Shown here piece by piece: positions 47,865 to 60,670 of a DNA stretch of 64,000 nt (position 1 is its first letter; the number at the start of each line of letters is the position of its first letter). The translations under genes and the position numbers were made by a program. This DNA is from Hydrolagus colliei (lineage: Eukaryota). The notes under the pieces were generated by a model. That model saw only the letters and a program-made list of their open reading frames with translations, did no database searches and was not told the DNA's origin. Location: the NCBI GenBank assembly GCA_035084275.1, contig JAYJKW010000425.1:124001-188000 (forward strand). The letters are read 5' to 3'.

Positions 47865-48781
47865 CTAACCTGGTGGCCATTGTGATCCTGTCCCGAGGGA
47901 GATGCGGTCTCTCCAAATGTGTCTCTCGCTATCTTATAGCTATGTCAGTGGCTGATCTGATGGTGGTCATTTTCGCGGTGATTTTCGATCCTATTGCTGT
48001 TTATTACTTCCTGTATTCATTCGTGTCCATCACCCCTGTTTGCGCGCTGCTAACTGTGCTTAGTGGTGCAGCATCGGCAATATCTGTCTGGCTAACTGTG
48101 GCTTTCACCTTTGACCGATATGTCGCCATCTGCTGCCAACAACTGAAAAACAAATATTGCACCGAAAAAACAGCTGCTGCAACGATAGCGGGGCTGAGTG
48201 TGTTCTTCATTGGGGAAAAACTTTCATGGTATTTTGTCTATGAACCACAGTTAATAGTGAACAGTATACCGTGGGGATGTGATGTTAAAACAAGCTATTA
48301 CTCATTTATCCCGTGGACAGTGTATGACCTCCTCGACCTTATTTTAACCCCGATGCTCCCATTCTTTGTGATTTTGCTGCTCAACGCCCTGACTGTGAAG
48401 CACATCCTGGTGGCCAGTCGAGCCCGCAGGAGATTGGGGGGACACAGTTATGGGGACAGGAATAGAGGTGAGAGAGACAGTGATCCAGAGATGAAGAGCA
48501 GAAGGAGAGCCATTATTTTACTTTTTGCGATATCGGGCAATTTTATAGTGTTATGGATGGTATATGTTTCATTTTTTTTATACCGGAGAATTTCAGGGTC
48601 AAAATACTTCTCAGGCTACAATGATCCATTGTATATTTTTCGTGAAACTGGCTTCTTGCTGCAGCTTTTGAGCTCCTGTACAAACACGTGCATTTACGCT
48701 GTTACCCAGACTCAATTCAGAGAGGAGATAAATAGAGCGGTGAGATTTTCTTTTGCACTAATTTTAAAATTATTTCATTAG
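47865..48781 (+). CDS. GPR139-like GPCR exon 2, intact; probable gene join(43728..43797,47865..48781), 328 aa
   Basis: (CT)n-CTGTAG acceptor, phase 1. Open frame through TM2-TM7 with AFTFDRYVAICC and CTNTCIY. AATAAA at 49154. Confidence 0.88.
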
Positions 48782-49163
48782 CAATGCACCAAAGTCTAGT
48801 TTAGAGACAGAGAACAGCTCCAGCTACACTGTCCGTTCGGATTCACTTGTCAGTAATAGATACAGATTAAAGATCCCTCAACATTAACAAGGCATGTTGT
48901 GTGTTTAGCGTCTATTAATCAGGAAGGACGTCCAAATGGCTAGTTGTTGACAAACACGGTGAAGTTCCCGCTAAACTGTCAATCAGCATATATGTGTGCA
49001 GTAATCTGTTATAGGATAACTTTATCAATTTTCTTCGTCTTTCAATCTGCATGGCTTTAATCAAACGCTCGGGCGTTTCGGAAGCAAATCAATATAGTAT
49101 TGTTTTAGTTTAATTCAAACACTACCTATCATGCATTAGACAATACAAGCAGCAATAAACTGC

Positions 49164-49166
<3 letters not shown>

Positions 49167-49208
<42 letters not shown>
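49167..49208. repeat. (AT)n microsatellite
   Basis: Pure AT run. Confidence 0.95.
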
Positions 49209-49213
<5 letters not shown>

Positions 49214-50745
49214 GAAACATTGCGAACCTAGCCCAGGTACACGTGGTTGCGTGAATTCAAACTACTGCCTCGGAGTGAATGCTGAAATCACACATAAAGT
49301 ACCGTCAATATAAGATTAATGTCAGGCAGTGTAATCGTGAACCCCAGACCAAAGAGACAGATAAGTAATATACATCTGCAATCATAACTGATGAAATTAG
49401 CAACAGAACAAAAGGTGAACATTAAACAAAATCATTGTCACAGAGAAATCTTTCTGACTGGTAAAGCTGATGGTGGTCTACGGATAAGTAACCCCTAAAT
49501 GTCTAACTGTATTTCAAACTATTCTCCCAAATGTGTTGTTAGTGAACTTTTTGCCGAGTTATTCCAAATAAAGGTTTTAGTTTTGATCAAAATCCGCAAA
49601 CGTCTCATTTTAAAAGCAGAAAGTTCTATTGTTGATGCAAATGAATTCTGCTCTGTCTTTGGATGTTTCCACGAGTGATCAACATAAATAAAATTCAGTT
49701 ACAAATACGATGAAAGTAGTAATTTTGGGGTTTAGTTTTCATTGTCATGAACCTGAATGATTTATCTCCAGTAAGTGTCTTCATTTAGTAACTTTTGAGG
49801 CAAAGACAGAATTATTGTAATGTAACTACACTACAAATATTGGAAGAATATAATATCACAACATTATAGCTTTCGATTCTAACAATGATTCTCAATGTAT
49901 TTTCTGGTCCATCACTTTACCAATTCGATAACACAGCTTTTATTCTGGACTGGCACACATATGTGGAAAATTCTCTACGAATGTCCAAACAATGATTTTC
50001 ACCGTGTTTGAATAATTGGAATTAATAGAGGGCCATTTCTTATTTTCGACCGGCTTCTAAAGCTTGCTCACGTTTCCCGTCCTCTTTCGAGTCTGTATTA
50101 TGCTAAAGGTGATACTCAGGTGCCCACAGTGACAGCCCGCAAACAGCCGTCAAATACATTTATAACTCAACAAGAAATTACTGTACAGGACGCAGGCAGA
50201 AACTCGATTCTCTTCTCAAATTGTTTTCTGGGATTTTCAATGCGATACCAACAAGGCCCCTGCTACCGCTGCTGTTATTCTTCCTCATGTGAATCAATAT
50301 ATAAGTGAATGTTGACCTTGTTGAGAAAGCGGATTGTCTGAAAGCGGCTGAACAAAATTGACACGGTGTGTATTTGAAATCGGACGACAGCAGGGTATCT
50401 GTGCTCGTCAGACAAGAGCAGACAAGATCCAAAGATCATACACTCATAATACCATATCATCGTACGGTACAAAAGGAGGCTATTCGTACCATCGAGTCTG
50501 TGCCGGATCTTTAAAGATAGTAATTTAATGCCATTACCCAGCTTTCTCTCATCCCATAAACTCGCAAACCCGTCCCCCCCAGCTAAATAATACCTCTCTT
50601 TTCAAAGTTGTTATCGATCCGTTCTCCATCACCTTTTCAGGCAATGCATTCCAGATGCTTTCATTTGGAGCTTTCCCAAATTATCAGAGAAAGAAAATAT
50701 TATAATTTTTAAATAGAATCTTTCACCATGGAAACGGCAACAATT

Positions 50746-50827
50746 GTTAAGATAGCGGAGTAGTTAACGCGTTGGACTTCAAATCCAACCGGATTTTCCC
50801 GTGCAGGTTCGAACCCTGCTCGTAGGG
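50746..50827 (+). tRNA. tRNA-Ser(TGA)-derived gene or pseudogene with anticodon TCA
   Basis: 82 nt. D stem GCG/CGC, anticodon stem TTGGA/TCCAA with loop CTTCAAA, variable arm GGA/TCC, perfect T arm GCAGG-TTCGAAC-CCTGC, T5 run after. Acceptor stem is imperfect. Confidence 0.75.
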
Positions 50828-51084
50828 TTTTTGAAATGGAATCTGTTACAGCCACACGATTGGAGACGTGGTCGATATGAATACAAACTTTGTGTTATTT
50901 CTTCATTGATACCTCTGATTTGACCTATTTTCACTTGCATTTCTGGAAATTGCAAAGTGAACTCCGAACTTGTTTGTGCTGATCATCACTAGAAGGAATG
51001 CTAACACATTACAGCTTCAAACAACAAATTTATCATTCCTATGTATCCCAAGAGAATATTAATCGATGTATTCGATATAGAATC

Positions 51085-51400
51085 TTGGAGTCCTGTATCT
51101 CAGCGGCTAGAGCACTCGCCTTACAATCGTGAGACCTGTGTTTCGAATCCAGTCACATCACGGCGAAACTTTGGGCAAGTTTCCTTCCTACACACGCGCC
51201 TAATAAGAATCCTTCCAAAAAATATAGAATAATAAAATTTGTCATTTCAATACATGACTGTTTGTGAGGACACTGCTATGCGTGTTTGGCGGCTGCGATT
51301 CGCTCACGAATATACAGTGGATTCATTTTACAGTTTATTTTGTGAAGTTTTGTGACGCCTAGAAAATGTGAAAATCGCTATATCAACAACATAATAATAT
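51085..51400 (+). mobile_element. tRNA-derived SINE
   Basis: Head, B-box TTCGAATCC and tail motifs of the family. Confidence 0.75.
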
Positions 51401-51829
51401 AAGAACACAAGAAATAGGTGTAGGAATAGACCATTCCGCCCCTCGAGCCTGCCACGCCATTTGACAAGATAATGGCTGATCTTCTGTAGAACTCCAATTA
51501 CCTGCCCCATCCACATATCCCCTCATTCCTCTATTTTTTTTAAAAATCTATCATTCTCAGCCTTAAAAATGTTCAATGACTGAGCATCTACGGGATTTTT
51601 GGGTGGCGATTTCTTAAATTCCATTAATTGAATACTCCAGAGAGTATTCTCTGAGAGTGAAGACATGTTTTCTCAACTCCGTTTTAAAAGTCTGACCCTT
51701 AATTTTGAGACTGAGCACTGGTTATACATTCTCCTACAAGCGGAAACCGTCTCTCATTTTCTACTTTATCCAGCACGCTTAGAATCTTACATGTCGAAAT
51801 AAAATGTCACCTAATTCTGCTGATCAAAA

Positions 51830-52520
51830 AGCTACCCCACCCCCCACACACAAACCTAACAAACACATGCCCTCTCACATGCAAACCGAACCCCCACCCC
51901 ACACACAAACCTAACCTCCCCACCATATACACAAACCTACTCCCCAACACAAACGCAAAACTACAACCACCCACATATATACACACAAAAGTAACCATCA
52001 CAAACACGCAATCCTACCGCTCCCACACACACAAATTTACCCCATCCACTCAGAAACAAACCTACCCCCCACAGGCAATACAAACCTACACCATCACACA
52101 CATAAATCTACGCAGGCACACACACAAATCTACCACTACGCACACACAAACCCAACCACCTCTCGCCCTCCGCATACAAACCTGCACCCCCCCCACACAC
52201 AAACCTTCCTCTCCACCCACATACACAAACCTACCCTCCCATTTACACAAACTTAATCCCCACACACAAAAACCTACCACCCGTCCCCATCCCACGCAGA
52301 CAAACAGGGCCACATACGCAAACATACGCACTCCCACACGCAAACCTACACGTCACAAACACACGAAACTACCAGAACCACAAACACAAACTAACCCCCG
52401 CACAGAAAAGCCGACCACCACACACAAACCTAGCCCCTCCCACACACAAAACTACCCCTCCACACACACAAAAATAACACCACCGTCATCAATCACCCCC
52501 CCCCCCCCCCCACAACAAAC
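51830..52520. repeat. CACAAAC/CCTAC low-complexity array (inverted homologue at 60960-62700)
   Basis: Repeated ACACAAACCTAC units. Confidence 0.8.
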
Positions 52521-52729
52521 ACCCAATCCTACCCTCAAACTTACTAAGCAAAAGAACGTTTATATAATTCAGATTCATGCAGAATTCAAATTGGTTTGCT
52601 CTGGTGCAGTTTAATCCCAAGGCATCTGGTAAAGCTAGAGAACAGGGTTTGTTTCCCGGCAGAGCAATAAGTTGTGAAAGTTCTCTTACTCCTCACACGT
52701 GCCTTAATTTAACTACAGTGATAATATTA

Positions 52730-53040
52730 ATAATAATATTTGCATTTGATATAGCGCTGTTCACAATTGATCGACGTCTCAAAGCGCGTCACAGAAGATA
52801 CTGCACAGTCAATTGACTGTATATCTGTGGTAGAGCGAAGCGCGGCAGCCAGTTGCGCACAGCATTGTCCCACGAACAGCCGTGAGTTGAAATTAGCACT
52901 TTTAAAAAAAACTCTATTTTTGGACGGATTATTATCAGCCTTGAATATATGAAGGAAAGTTGCCCAAGGATTCGACCTCACCTGCCTGGATGCGAACACG
53001 GATCTCATGCTTGGCAGGCGAGTGCTGTAACCAATGATAA
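52730..53040 (-). mobile_element. tRNA-derived SINE
   Basis: Family body and (ATT) tail on the minus strand. Confidence 0.75.
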
Positions 53041-53949
53041 ACATTGATAAACACCAATCCATTGATAGAGCGCCTTTCACCTCCGGAGGATATCGCAAGG
53101 CGCTGAACAGTTAGATCGGGACCGGAACATTGGGTGGTGGGATTTGGGGAGTGTTGGGGGTCTATGTAGCAGTAGGGGAAAGCAGAATAGGAGAATGGGG
53201 GAAAGTTAGGAAGGGAGCAGAGGCACGGTCGAAGAGGAAGGACTTGAGACCGGCCTTGAAGGAAGAAAGGGAGAAAGCGAGGCGAAGCGATTGCAGAATG
53301 GAGTTCCAAAGTGTGGGAGCAGAGAGCCTGAATGCACGGTCAGCAATGGTAGGGCTGTTTCGGTGGGGACACGGGAGCAGCCCAGAGTCGCTGAACAGAG
53401 TTGATGGGCAAACTAATAGGGAGAAAGCAGGTCGGAGAGATAGGAGGAGGCAAGGCCGTGCATTGACTTGACAGAATAGAAAAGATAGATTGTTTTACTA
53501 ATGCATAGAAGAATACAGTGGTTTGTGTTTTCTGCAACAGGATATTTGGCATTCATTACAATAGCGTTAGAATATAAGAGTTGGGAAGTTTTGCTGGAAC
53601 TGTAAACGCCTTTCCTGAGCATGCACCTAGTGTATTGCAGGTTTGGCCTCCTTATTTAAGCAATGAAATACTCGCCTTAGAGGGCGTGCACCACAAGGTT
53701 GGTTCATGGAATGAGGGGGTTCAGGTATGATGATAATATGAGAAATCTAGTCCGATATTCTCAAGAATATCGAAAATTAGATGGGATCTTATCTTAGCCT
53801 ATAAGATTATAAAGGACTAAGACAGAGTAGGCAGTGACAGAATTTTCCCCGAGTTGGAGAAATTATAAACAGGGGTCATTACAATCTTCAAATTAGGGGT
53901 CAGCCCTTCATCAGTGAATTGCCAAAATACCTCTTCAATCAGAGAGTAG

Positions 53950-56930
53950 TACATTTATGGAATTCTCTATTTCTATTAATAAAAATAATGCTTAGAATCG
54001 ATCAAGTCATACTTCCATACGTAATGCATGGCTTCAATATATGAGCTCAATACAAGTGCAATTTTGTTATTGTTATACGTTTGTACATCACCAAATAAAT
54101 TAAACTGTGAATAAATTAATTAATTAACTAAATCCCCAGTGTGTTGTTTGTAAGTGTATGAAAGAGCTATAATGATAGCTCGATGTAGAGAGGCGTATTT
54201 ATTGTCGGGGCAGGCTCGAGGGTCCGAATGGCCTACTCCAGCTCCGAATTCTTATGTTCATATATATTTACCCAGTAAATCCATGCGTACTTGCAGCACA
54301 TCACAGGTCAGTCTGTGAAGCGCTTCGCGAAGCGTCGATGACGCTATCAAACACAATATGTATGCAAGGGTTATTCATATTATTAAAATCATTTGCCTCG
54401 CACCGTCCCCCCCATCCCTTGTCTCTTCCATGTCTCGCCTCAAGACGCTGCCCTTCGATTTCTCCATCGGCACTTCCGAATCTCCACCTTTCCTCTACCT
54501 CCACCTGTCCTCAACTCAGCTTTGAAGCATTAACAGTCCTATGCTTTAGGACGTCCTCTTGACGGAAAAAGCGCTTTAACTCTGTCATTTTGCTATTGTT
54601 ATGGTTGTCTCATCTCATGCCTACGAAATGTATTGGAAGCGATTCACGGTATACACTGTGAAGTGAACTGAGTCGATATTGTGTGGACGACAAGCAGTTA
54701 GAAAGGTGTTGTCATGATTGTTTATTGAATAGCCACAATTCCATATGCAGAAATGGCTTCAATGTATATGCTTTATACATTTCTACAAAAAAAGTAAATT
54801 AAACTGTCAATCAATTATTGGATGATTTTCACTGTGTTGATTACGAATCGTGTTTGTAGACCGAGTTCAAATTATCGCTGCAGTTGGGTTGGGATGTGTG
54901 AAGAACGGAGTGATGAGAGGTAACTTGTCTCATTGTTGGAATGGGGACAAAAAATAAAAAAATTAATACTAGTAATGTTTAGAATCGATAAATTCATTAT
55001 TCCACATATAACACAAGACTTCAATCTATCTATTTATGAGTGTACATTTGTTGTTGTTATACGTTTGTACATCACAAACGTGTAACTTTTATACGACAAT
55101 AAACAAGTAAATTAAACTGTAAATTAATTCGTTGAGAATCATTTTACTAACTGTATGGAAAGAGCTAAAATTCCAGTTGGATATGGAGAGGGGTAGATTC
55201 ACTAGGTAGCTCCATGGGATCAGGGTGCTCAGCGATGAAGAAAGGTTGAGTAAAGTAGGCCTATATTCTGCCGAATATAGAAGAATCAGTAGTTATCTCA
55301 GAGACTCGGATAAGGTTATTCAAAGGCAAACCAGAGTCGACGATGGGAAGCTGTTTCCTCTGGTTGGAGAAACTATAACCAGGGATAAATGTCTTAAAAG
55401 TATGCCTAAGCCCTTTCGCACTGACTTGAGGAAAACCTTCTTCTCTACGAGGGTAGTGAATTTTTGGAGTTCTCTGTCCAAAAAGCTGTAGATGCTCAGT
55501 CATTGAACATATTCAAACCTCACACTGATATATTTATTGTGGATAAAAGAGATATGGGAATAAGGCGGGGGCAGGTTGAATTAGGTTAGAATATCAGAGA
55601 TGATGTTATTGATTGGCGGGGTAGGCTCGAGGGTTTGAATGGCCTACTGCTGCTCCTGATACTTATGTTCTTATATATTTATCCATTAAATCTACATGTA
55701 CCTGCGGCACATTTCAGCACAGAATATGAAGCGCTTGGAGACGTGTCAGTGACGTTATCAAATGCAATAAAATATGCAGGAATTATTCTCACTAAAGTAG
55801 CACTTTAATCGAAGGCCTCCCAGGACGCTAATAAATGATCCCCAAGATCCTGTACTGAAAATATTTTTTGAACTTGAAGCAGTGTATGAAAATTGAAGCC
55901 CCGCCCAAAATCGCCCTACTCTACATCCGTTTCCTCCTATCCCTTTATCAACCTTTCCGCCACCTCCGCTCAGCAGGCCAGTCCCCCGACCCACCCGCCA
56001 CGCCATTGGAGGCCTAGCCTTCAGCCACGTTGCCCCCAACATCTGGAACTCCATCCTCCAGTCGATCTGCTTTGGCGCGTCCATTCGCCAACCCTGATCT
56101 CCTGCAAGTCTCTCCTCAAGACTCTCATTTTCGGTGTTCCCATCGGCAACTCCGAGGCCCCACCCTCCCTCTTCTCCCACCTGTCCTCATCACGGCAGTA
56201 ACTGTCCATCGCCTCGGGACGTCCTCCTGACATGAAAGGTACTTTGCCACAGCCATTTTGTTATTGTAGTGGTTGTCTCATCTCATACCTTCGAAATGTA
56301 TTTGAAGCGATTCACAGGATGCACTGTGAAGAGAGCTGATTCCATATTGTGTGGACAACATGCCGTTAGAACGGTGTGGCCATGCTTGCTTATTGAATAG
56401 ATATAACTAAATATGAATCTCAAGTGTCAAATGTTTGTGCTTTATAGGTTTGTACATCACCAAATAAATTAAACTGTCAACCACGTATCGATTAGTTTCG
56501 CATTGTATTAACTACGAATCTTGTTTGAAGACCGAGTTAAAACGATCGTTTTATGTGGAGTGGGATGTGTGAAGAACTGAGTGAGGAGAGGTAACTTGTT
56601 TCATTCTTGGAATGGAGAAAATGTTAATAATATAAATAATAATAACGTTTGGAATCGATCAAGTCATAATTCCACATGTAACTCAAAGCTTCAATCTACG
56701 AGCTCTGTGCAAGTTTAGTTTTGTTTTTGTTATACGTTTGTACATTACGATGTAAATTAAACTGTGAATTAGATAATTGTTCAGTTCCCAATTGTATTGA
56801 CTGAGAATAACTTTACATGCTGTAAGGAAATATGTAACATTATACCTCAATGTGGAGGAGGTTGTGTGAAGAACGATGACATGAAAGGCACTATGTCTCA
56901 TTCTTGGAATGGGCTATTTGTTCATAATAT
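53950..56930 (+). repeat. Diverged direct tandem duplication (54200-55140 vs 55610-56760); about 140-bp block present three times
   Basis: Collinear matches such as GGTTGTCTCATCTCAT, GAAGCGATTCAC, GACCGAGTT, GGGATGTGTGAAGAAC. Block ...GTTATACGTTTGTACAT...AATTAAACTGT at about 53995, 54985 and 56655. Confidence 0.8.
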
Positions 56931-57357
56931 ATAATAGTCATCCATAGATGCGATATCGCGCCGTACCACTTTATCAAGATGGCTCAAGGCGCTTCAAGGA
57001 ATATACTTTAAAACCAATTGACGTTGGATTGTGTGGGAAAAACGCGGCAGCTAATTGTGCACACTTTCACTCACTCAAACCTTTACATCCATCTTATTCT
57101 CCGCAATCCCACTATCATTTGAGGGATGGACTTCCCAAGAAAATGTTGCTGACACTCGGAAGGTTGGCCCGCAAAACTAGAATGACTCAGGGGAGAATGA
57201 GATAAAGAGACTGAGCGACAGTGAGAGAAGAGGAGCGAGAGCGCAGAAGGTGGAGAGAGAGGGAGAGAGAAAGGGATAGATAGAAACACACAGAGAGAAT
57301 GAGAGAGTTGGATACACCAAAGTGGGAGATATAAACATACCCAAATATACACCCAGG

Positions 57358-57966
57358 TGAGAAGTCAGCTCGTCTGCCATGTACGTTATTTGCTCGTCTG
57401 CTACGCTACGCATAATAGTTGCTTGCAAACCTGCACGTACGCTACGCATAATAGTTACTTGCAAACCTGTACGTACGCTTTGATTTAACCTCTAGCCGAC
57501 ACCTGTGAGACTGTTAAAGAAAGATGCGAATAACAGGGGCCATAAGGGTGTCTGGCAGGCTATGATATAATTGTAAAGCTCTAGGCTTGGTTATCTTATT
57601 CTACTTCTAGGCTATCTTATTATTGTAAGCTGTAGCCGGCCTATATCTCATTAACTCCAAGGCCACGATGTTTTTGTAATACAGCTGCAAGACCATGTTG
57701 TTTGTAACCAAGCATGAGTCATGTAACTAAAAGTGTATAACTACCCATGTAAAGGTTGTTCTAAGTGTGCACTTGGAGTAGACGGACGAGAGTCTGTACC
57801 TAAGGTGTACACCGCTTCGCGAACGCTAAATAAACTAGTTGGATTACACACCCGAGTCACATATTTGTGAACAGAACCACCAACCAAGGTACTGAGACAA
57901 ATCGGAGTTTCACATTTGGCGAACAGAACCAACAACCGATGTACTGAGACGAATCACGGTTTCTCA
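57358..57966 (+). mobile_element. Solo LTR (609 bp) with 4-bp TSD CAGG
   Basis: TGAGAA...TTCTCA termini flanked by CAGG (57354-57357 and 57967-57970). Internal AATAAA. The empty site is homologous to 45290-45325. Strand is inferred from AATAAA. Confidence 0.8.
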
Positions 57967-59439
57967 CAGGGACATGCAGAAGAATCGCCACAGTAAGGGA
58001 AAGAAAGAAGAACAAATATGAAGAGAGTGACAGACAGAGTCTGTCGTTCATGCTCAGAGATAAACACACATCACAATGGAAACAATCACATACAGATAGA
58101 AAGGGAGATGTGCTGGCAGACATACAGCCACTTTTAGAAAATGTTCAGATACAGAAGAAGGCATATTAATAGAGATACGCAGACACTGAGATACTCCGAT
58201 AGACATGAAGGTCATTTAGAAACGCAAAATTAATCAATAAATAATCCTAGCGTTTGATACAGGCAATTGCCTATTTTTCAAGACATCACATAATGGAGCC
58301 ACTAGCTCCATTCCTGTCCCAACCTTTCTGAGATAACACCGGTTACTCACCTCATAGTGTGCTTAAATACAATGCTGGGTTTGTACAGAGGATCAATCAA
58401 TCGCTCCTCTACCATTTGCCGCATTTAGAGAATTATTTAATTTCAATATGAAAAGTCATCAGATACCATCGAATATATCCCCTTGACTCCACTGACTGCA
58501 CTGCTGCATTTGAATACAATACAGTATTTGCATTACTCCTGTCTCATTCTTTGAGAGCTTTGGACTACCACGGATGGCGTTGTATGAAAGGCAAGAATCG
58601 TTGATATTGAGTCTATAATTCTCAACCAATACTGGTCTATCTGTATAACACGCCAATGTAAAATGCCACTGGAAACGGTATTTTTGGTTAGAGGAGTCAA
58701 TTGGATATTTTCGATTGTATCTGATTATATTTAGAATTTCAAAGTAAATAATTCTCTGAATGCGTCATATGGAAGAAGAGAGATTGATCTTCTTTGCAAC
58801 CCAGCATTGGATATAAATATACAAAAGCACCGCTGTGTGAAAGACGCTTCACAAATGATGATTGTTTCGTTGTTGATGGAGTCCACTGTGCGAACATGGA
58901 ACCAAAGCTCACACCTCCCTAATTCAGCCGGTAAACTTGCTGTAATTTGGGGGCAGCTGGTTGTCCATTCCATGATGAAACCCAGGCCCACAACACCACA
59001 CACGCCACCGTGTTGTTGTTGTTAAAGTATTTAAACCATCAGAGAGATGCACATGTGAGTGTGTCCTCCCCACCTACACACAGTATTCCCCAGCCTGGAG
59101 TGTGTGTGTACATTGTCTCCACAGGGGCCACTCACCAGCATTGAACTACAGCATTGGTCACAGCTTGGGAGGGACAAAGGTCTTTGTGACCACAGTGTGT
59201 ACAGGGCGCTGAGGTCACTGCTGTAGTTTAACCCGTTAAAGGTGATAACGCTTTCCACAAAGGATAATGCTGCCGTACAATTCCAATATACTGCCTTACA
59301 TTGTATACACCTGGCTGTGAAATGCTTATCAGCCGCAAAGGAGTAAAATATTGATGGGTTAAATGTGTTGCTCGGTGTACACTTCGTGTATGTGTTTCTG
59401 TGTGTGTGTGAAATCCAGCATCTCCTCGAACGTTCGTTG

Positions 59440-60670
59440 TGAGGAGATGCTGGATTTCCTCGAGTCCAAAATTTAGAAAATCCGCTCTGCGGTTTCTTCC
59501 CCCCACCACTACTCCACCTCCGCGACCTAATCAGCTACCTCAACCCCCACTCACTCCCCATTTCACACTTTCAACCCCACCACCCCGCTTTCAGTCACAA
59601 AAACAATTACCTCCATGAAACCCACCATGTGCTCATTGGACCATCCCTCCTCCGCACCCAGCTCCATTTGTTTGCCCCGCTCATTTCTGACAGCATTAAC
59701 CTTTCCCTCTCCTCAGGAACCGTCCCTACCTCCCTTAAAACAGCCACCATCACCCCTACCCTGAAGAAACCCTCCCTTGATGCGTCGCAACCATCAAGTT
59801 ATCGACCCATCTCCAACCTCCCGTTTCTATCCAAAGTCCTTGAAAGAGTGGTTGCCTCCCAGCTCCGCTCTTTCCTTGCAAACCACTCACTCATTGAACC
59901 CCTCCAATCAGGTTTCCGCCCTATCCACAGCACAGAAACTGCCCTGGTTAAGGCCACAAATGACACCCTAACCGCCTGTGACCAGGGCTCCCTCTGCCTG
60001 CTCGTCCTCCTTGACCTGTCTGCTGCGTTCGACACAGTCGATCACACCATCAACGTCTTTCCTCCCACCTCAACCTTCAAGTCACAGTCCTTGACTGGTT
60101 CCACTCTTATTTGACCCACCGTTTACATTTTGCTTCTTCCAATGGTTTTTCTTCATACCCCCGTACAGTTTCTTACGGCGTCCCTCAGGGCTCTGTCCTC
60201 GGTCCCCTCATTTTCATCCTTTACACGTTCCCTCTGGGCGACGTCATCCGCAGACATGGGGTAAATTTCCACATGTATGCGGATGACACCCAGTTGTACC
60301 TTTCTGCCTCATCCCTCAACCCCCAGATGATCGATGTTCTGACAGCATGTCTGTCCGACATCGAGTCGTGGACGAGGGACAACTTTTTGCAATTGAACGT
60401 GAATAAGACCGAGGTCCTCCTGATTGGCTCAAGCCAGCGCGTCCGCACATCGGGCGCTGCCAGCCTCAATATCCAAGGTTGCACTTTCCACCTCACAAAG
60501 CGAATCAGGAACCTCGGTATCATGTTCGATCAAAAACTTTCCTTCCTCCCCCACATCCGCGCCTTGACCGGCGCCGCCTATTTCCATCTGCGCTGTTGCC
60601 AGGCTCCGTAATCATCTTACCCCCCGAAACACTCGTGATGCATACATCACCTCACGGCTGGACTACGGAA
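59440..60670 (+). mobile_element. L2-like LINE fragment (RT), closely similar to the 32343 copy
   Basis: [64 protein letters not shown]. Frameshifted and 3'-truncated. Confidence 0.93.

Noticed and set aside
28794-50135. CACAGTG heptamers (about 28794, 29624, 41802, 44928, 50125) as RSS
   Set aside because: None has an acceptable ACAAAAACC-like nonamer at 12 or 23 bp, and no adjacent gene segments exist.
24512-50781. Suppressor-like tRNA rescuing the fucosyltransferase stops
   Set aside because: The anticodon TCA reads UGA, whereas both FUT stops are UAG.
50746-50827. Selenocysteine tRNA
   Set aside because: Sequence and length follow tRNA-Ser(TGA) and lack the tRNA-Sec extended acceptor and D stems.
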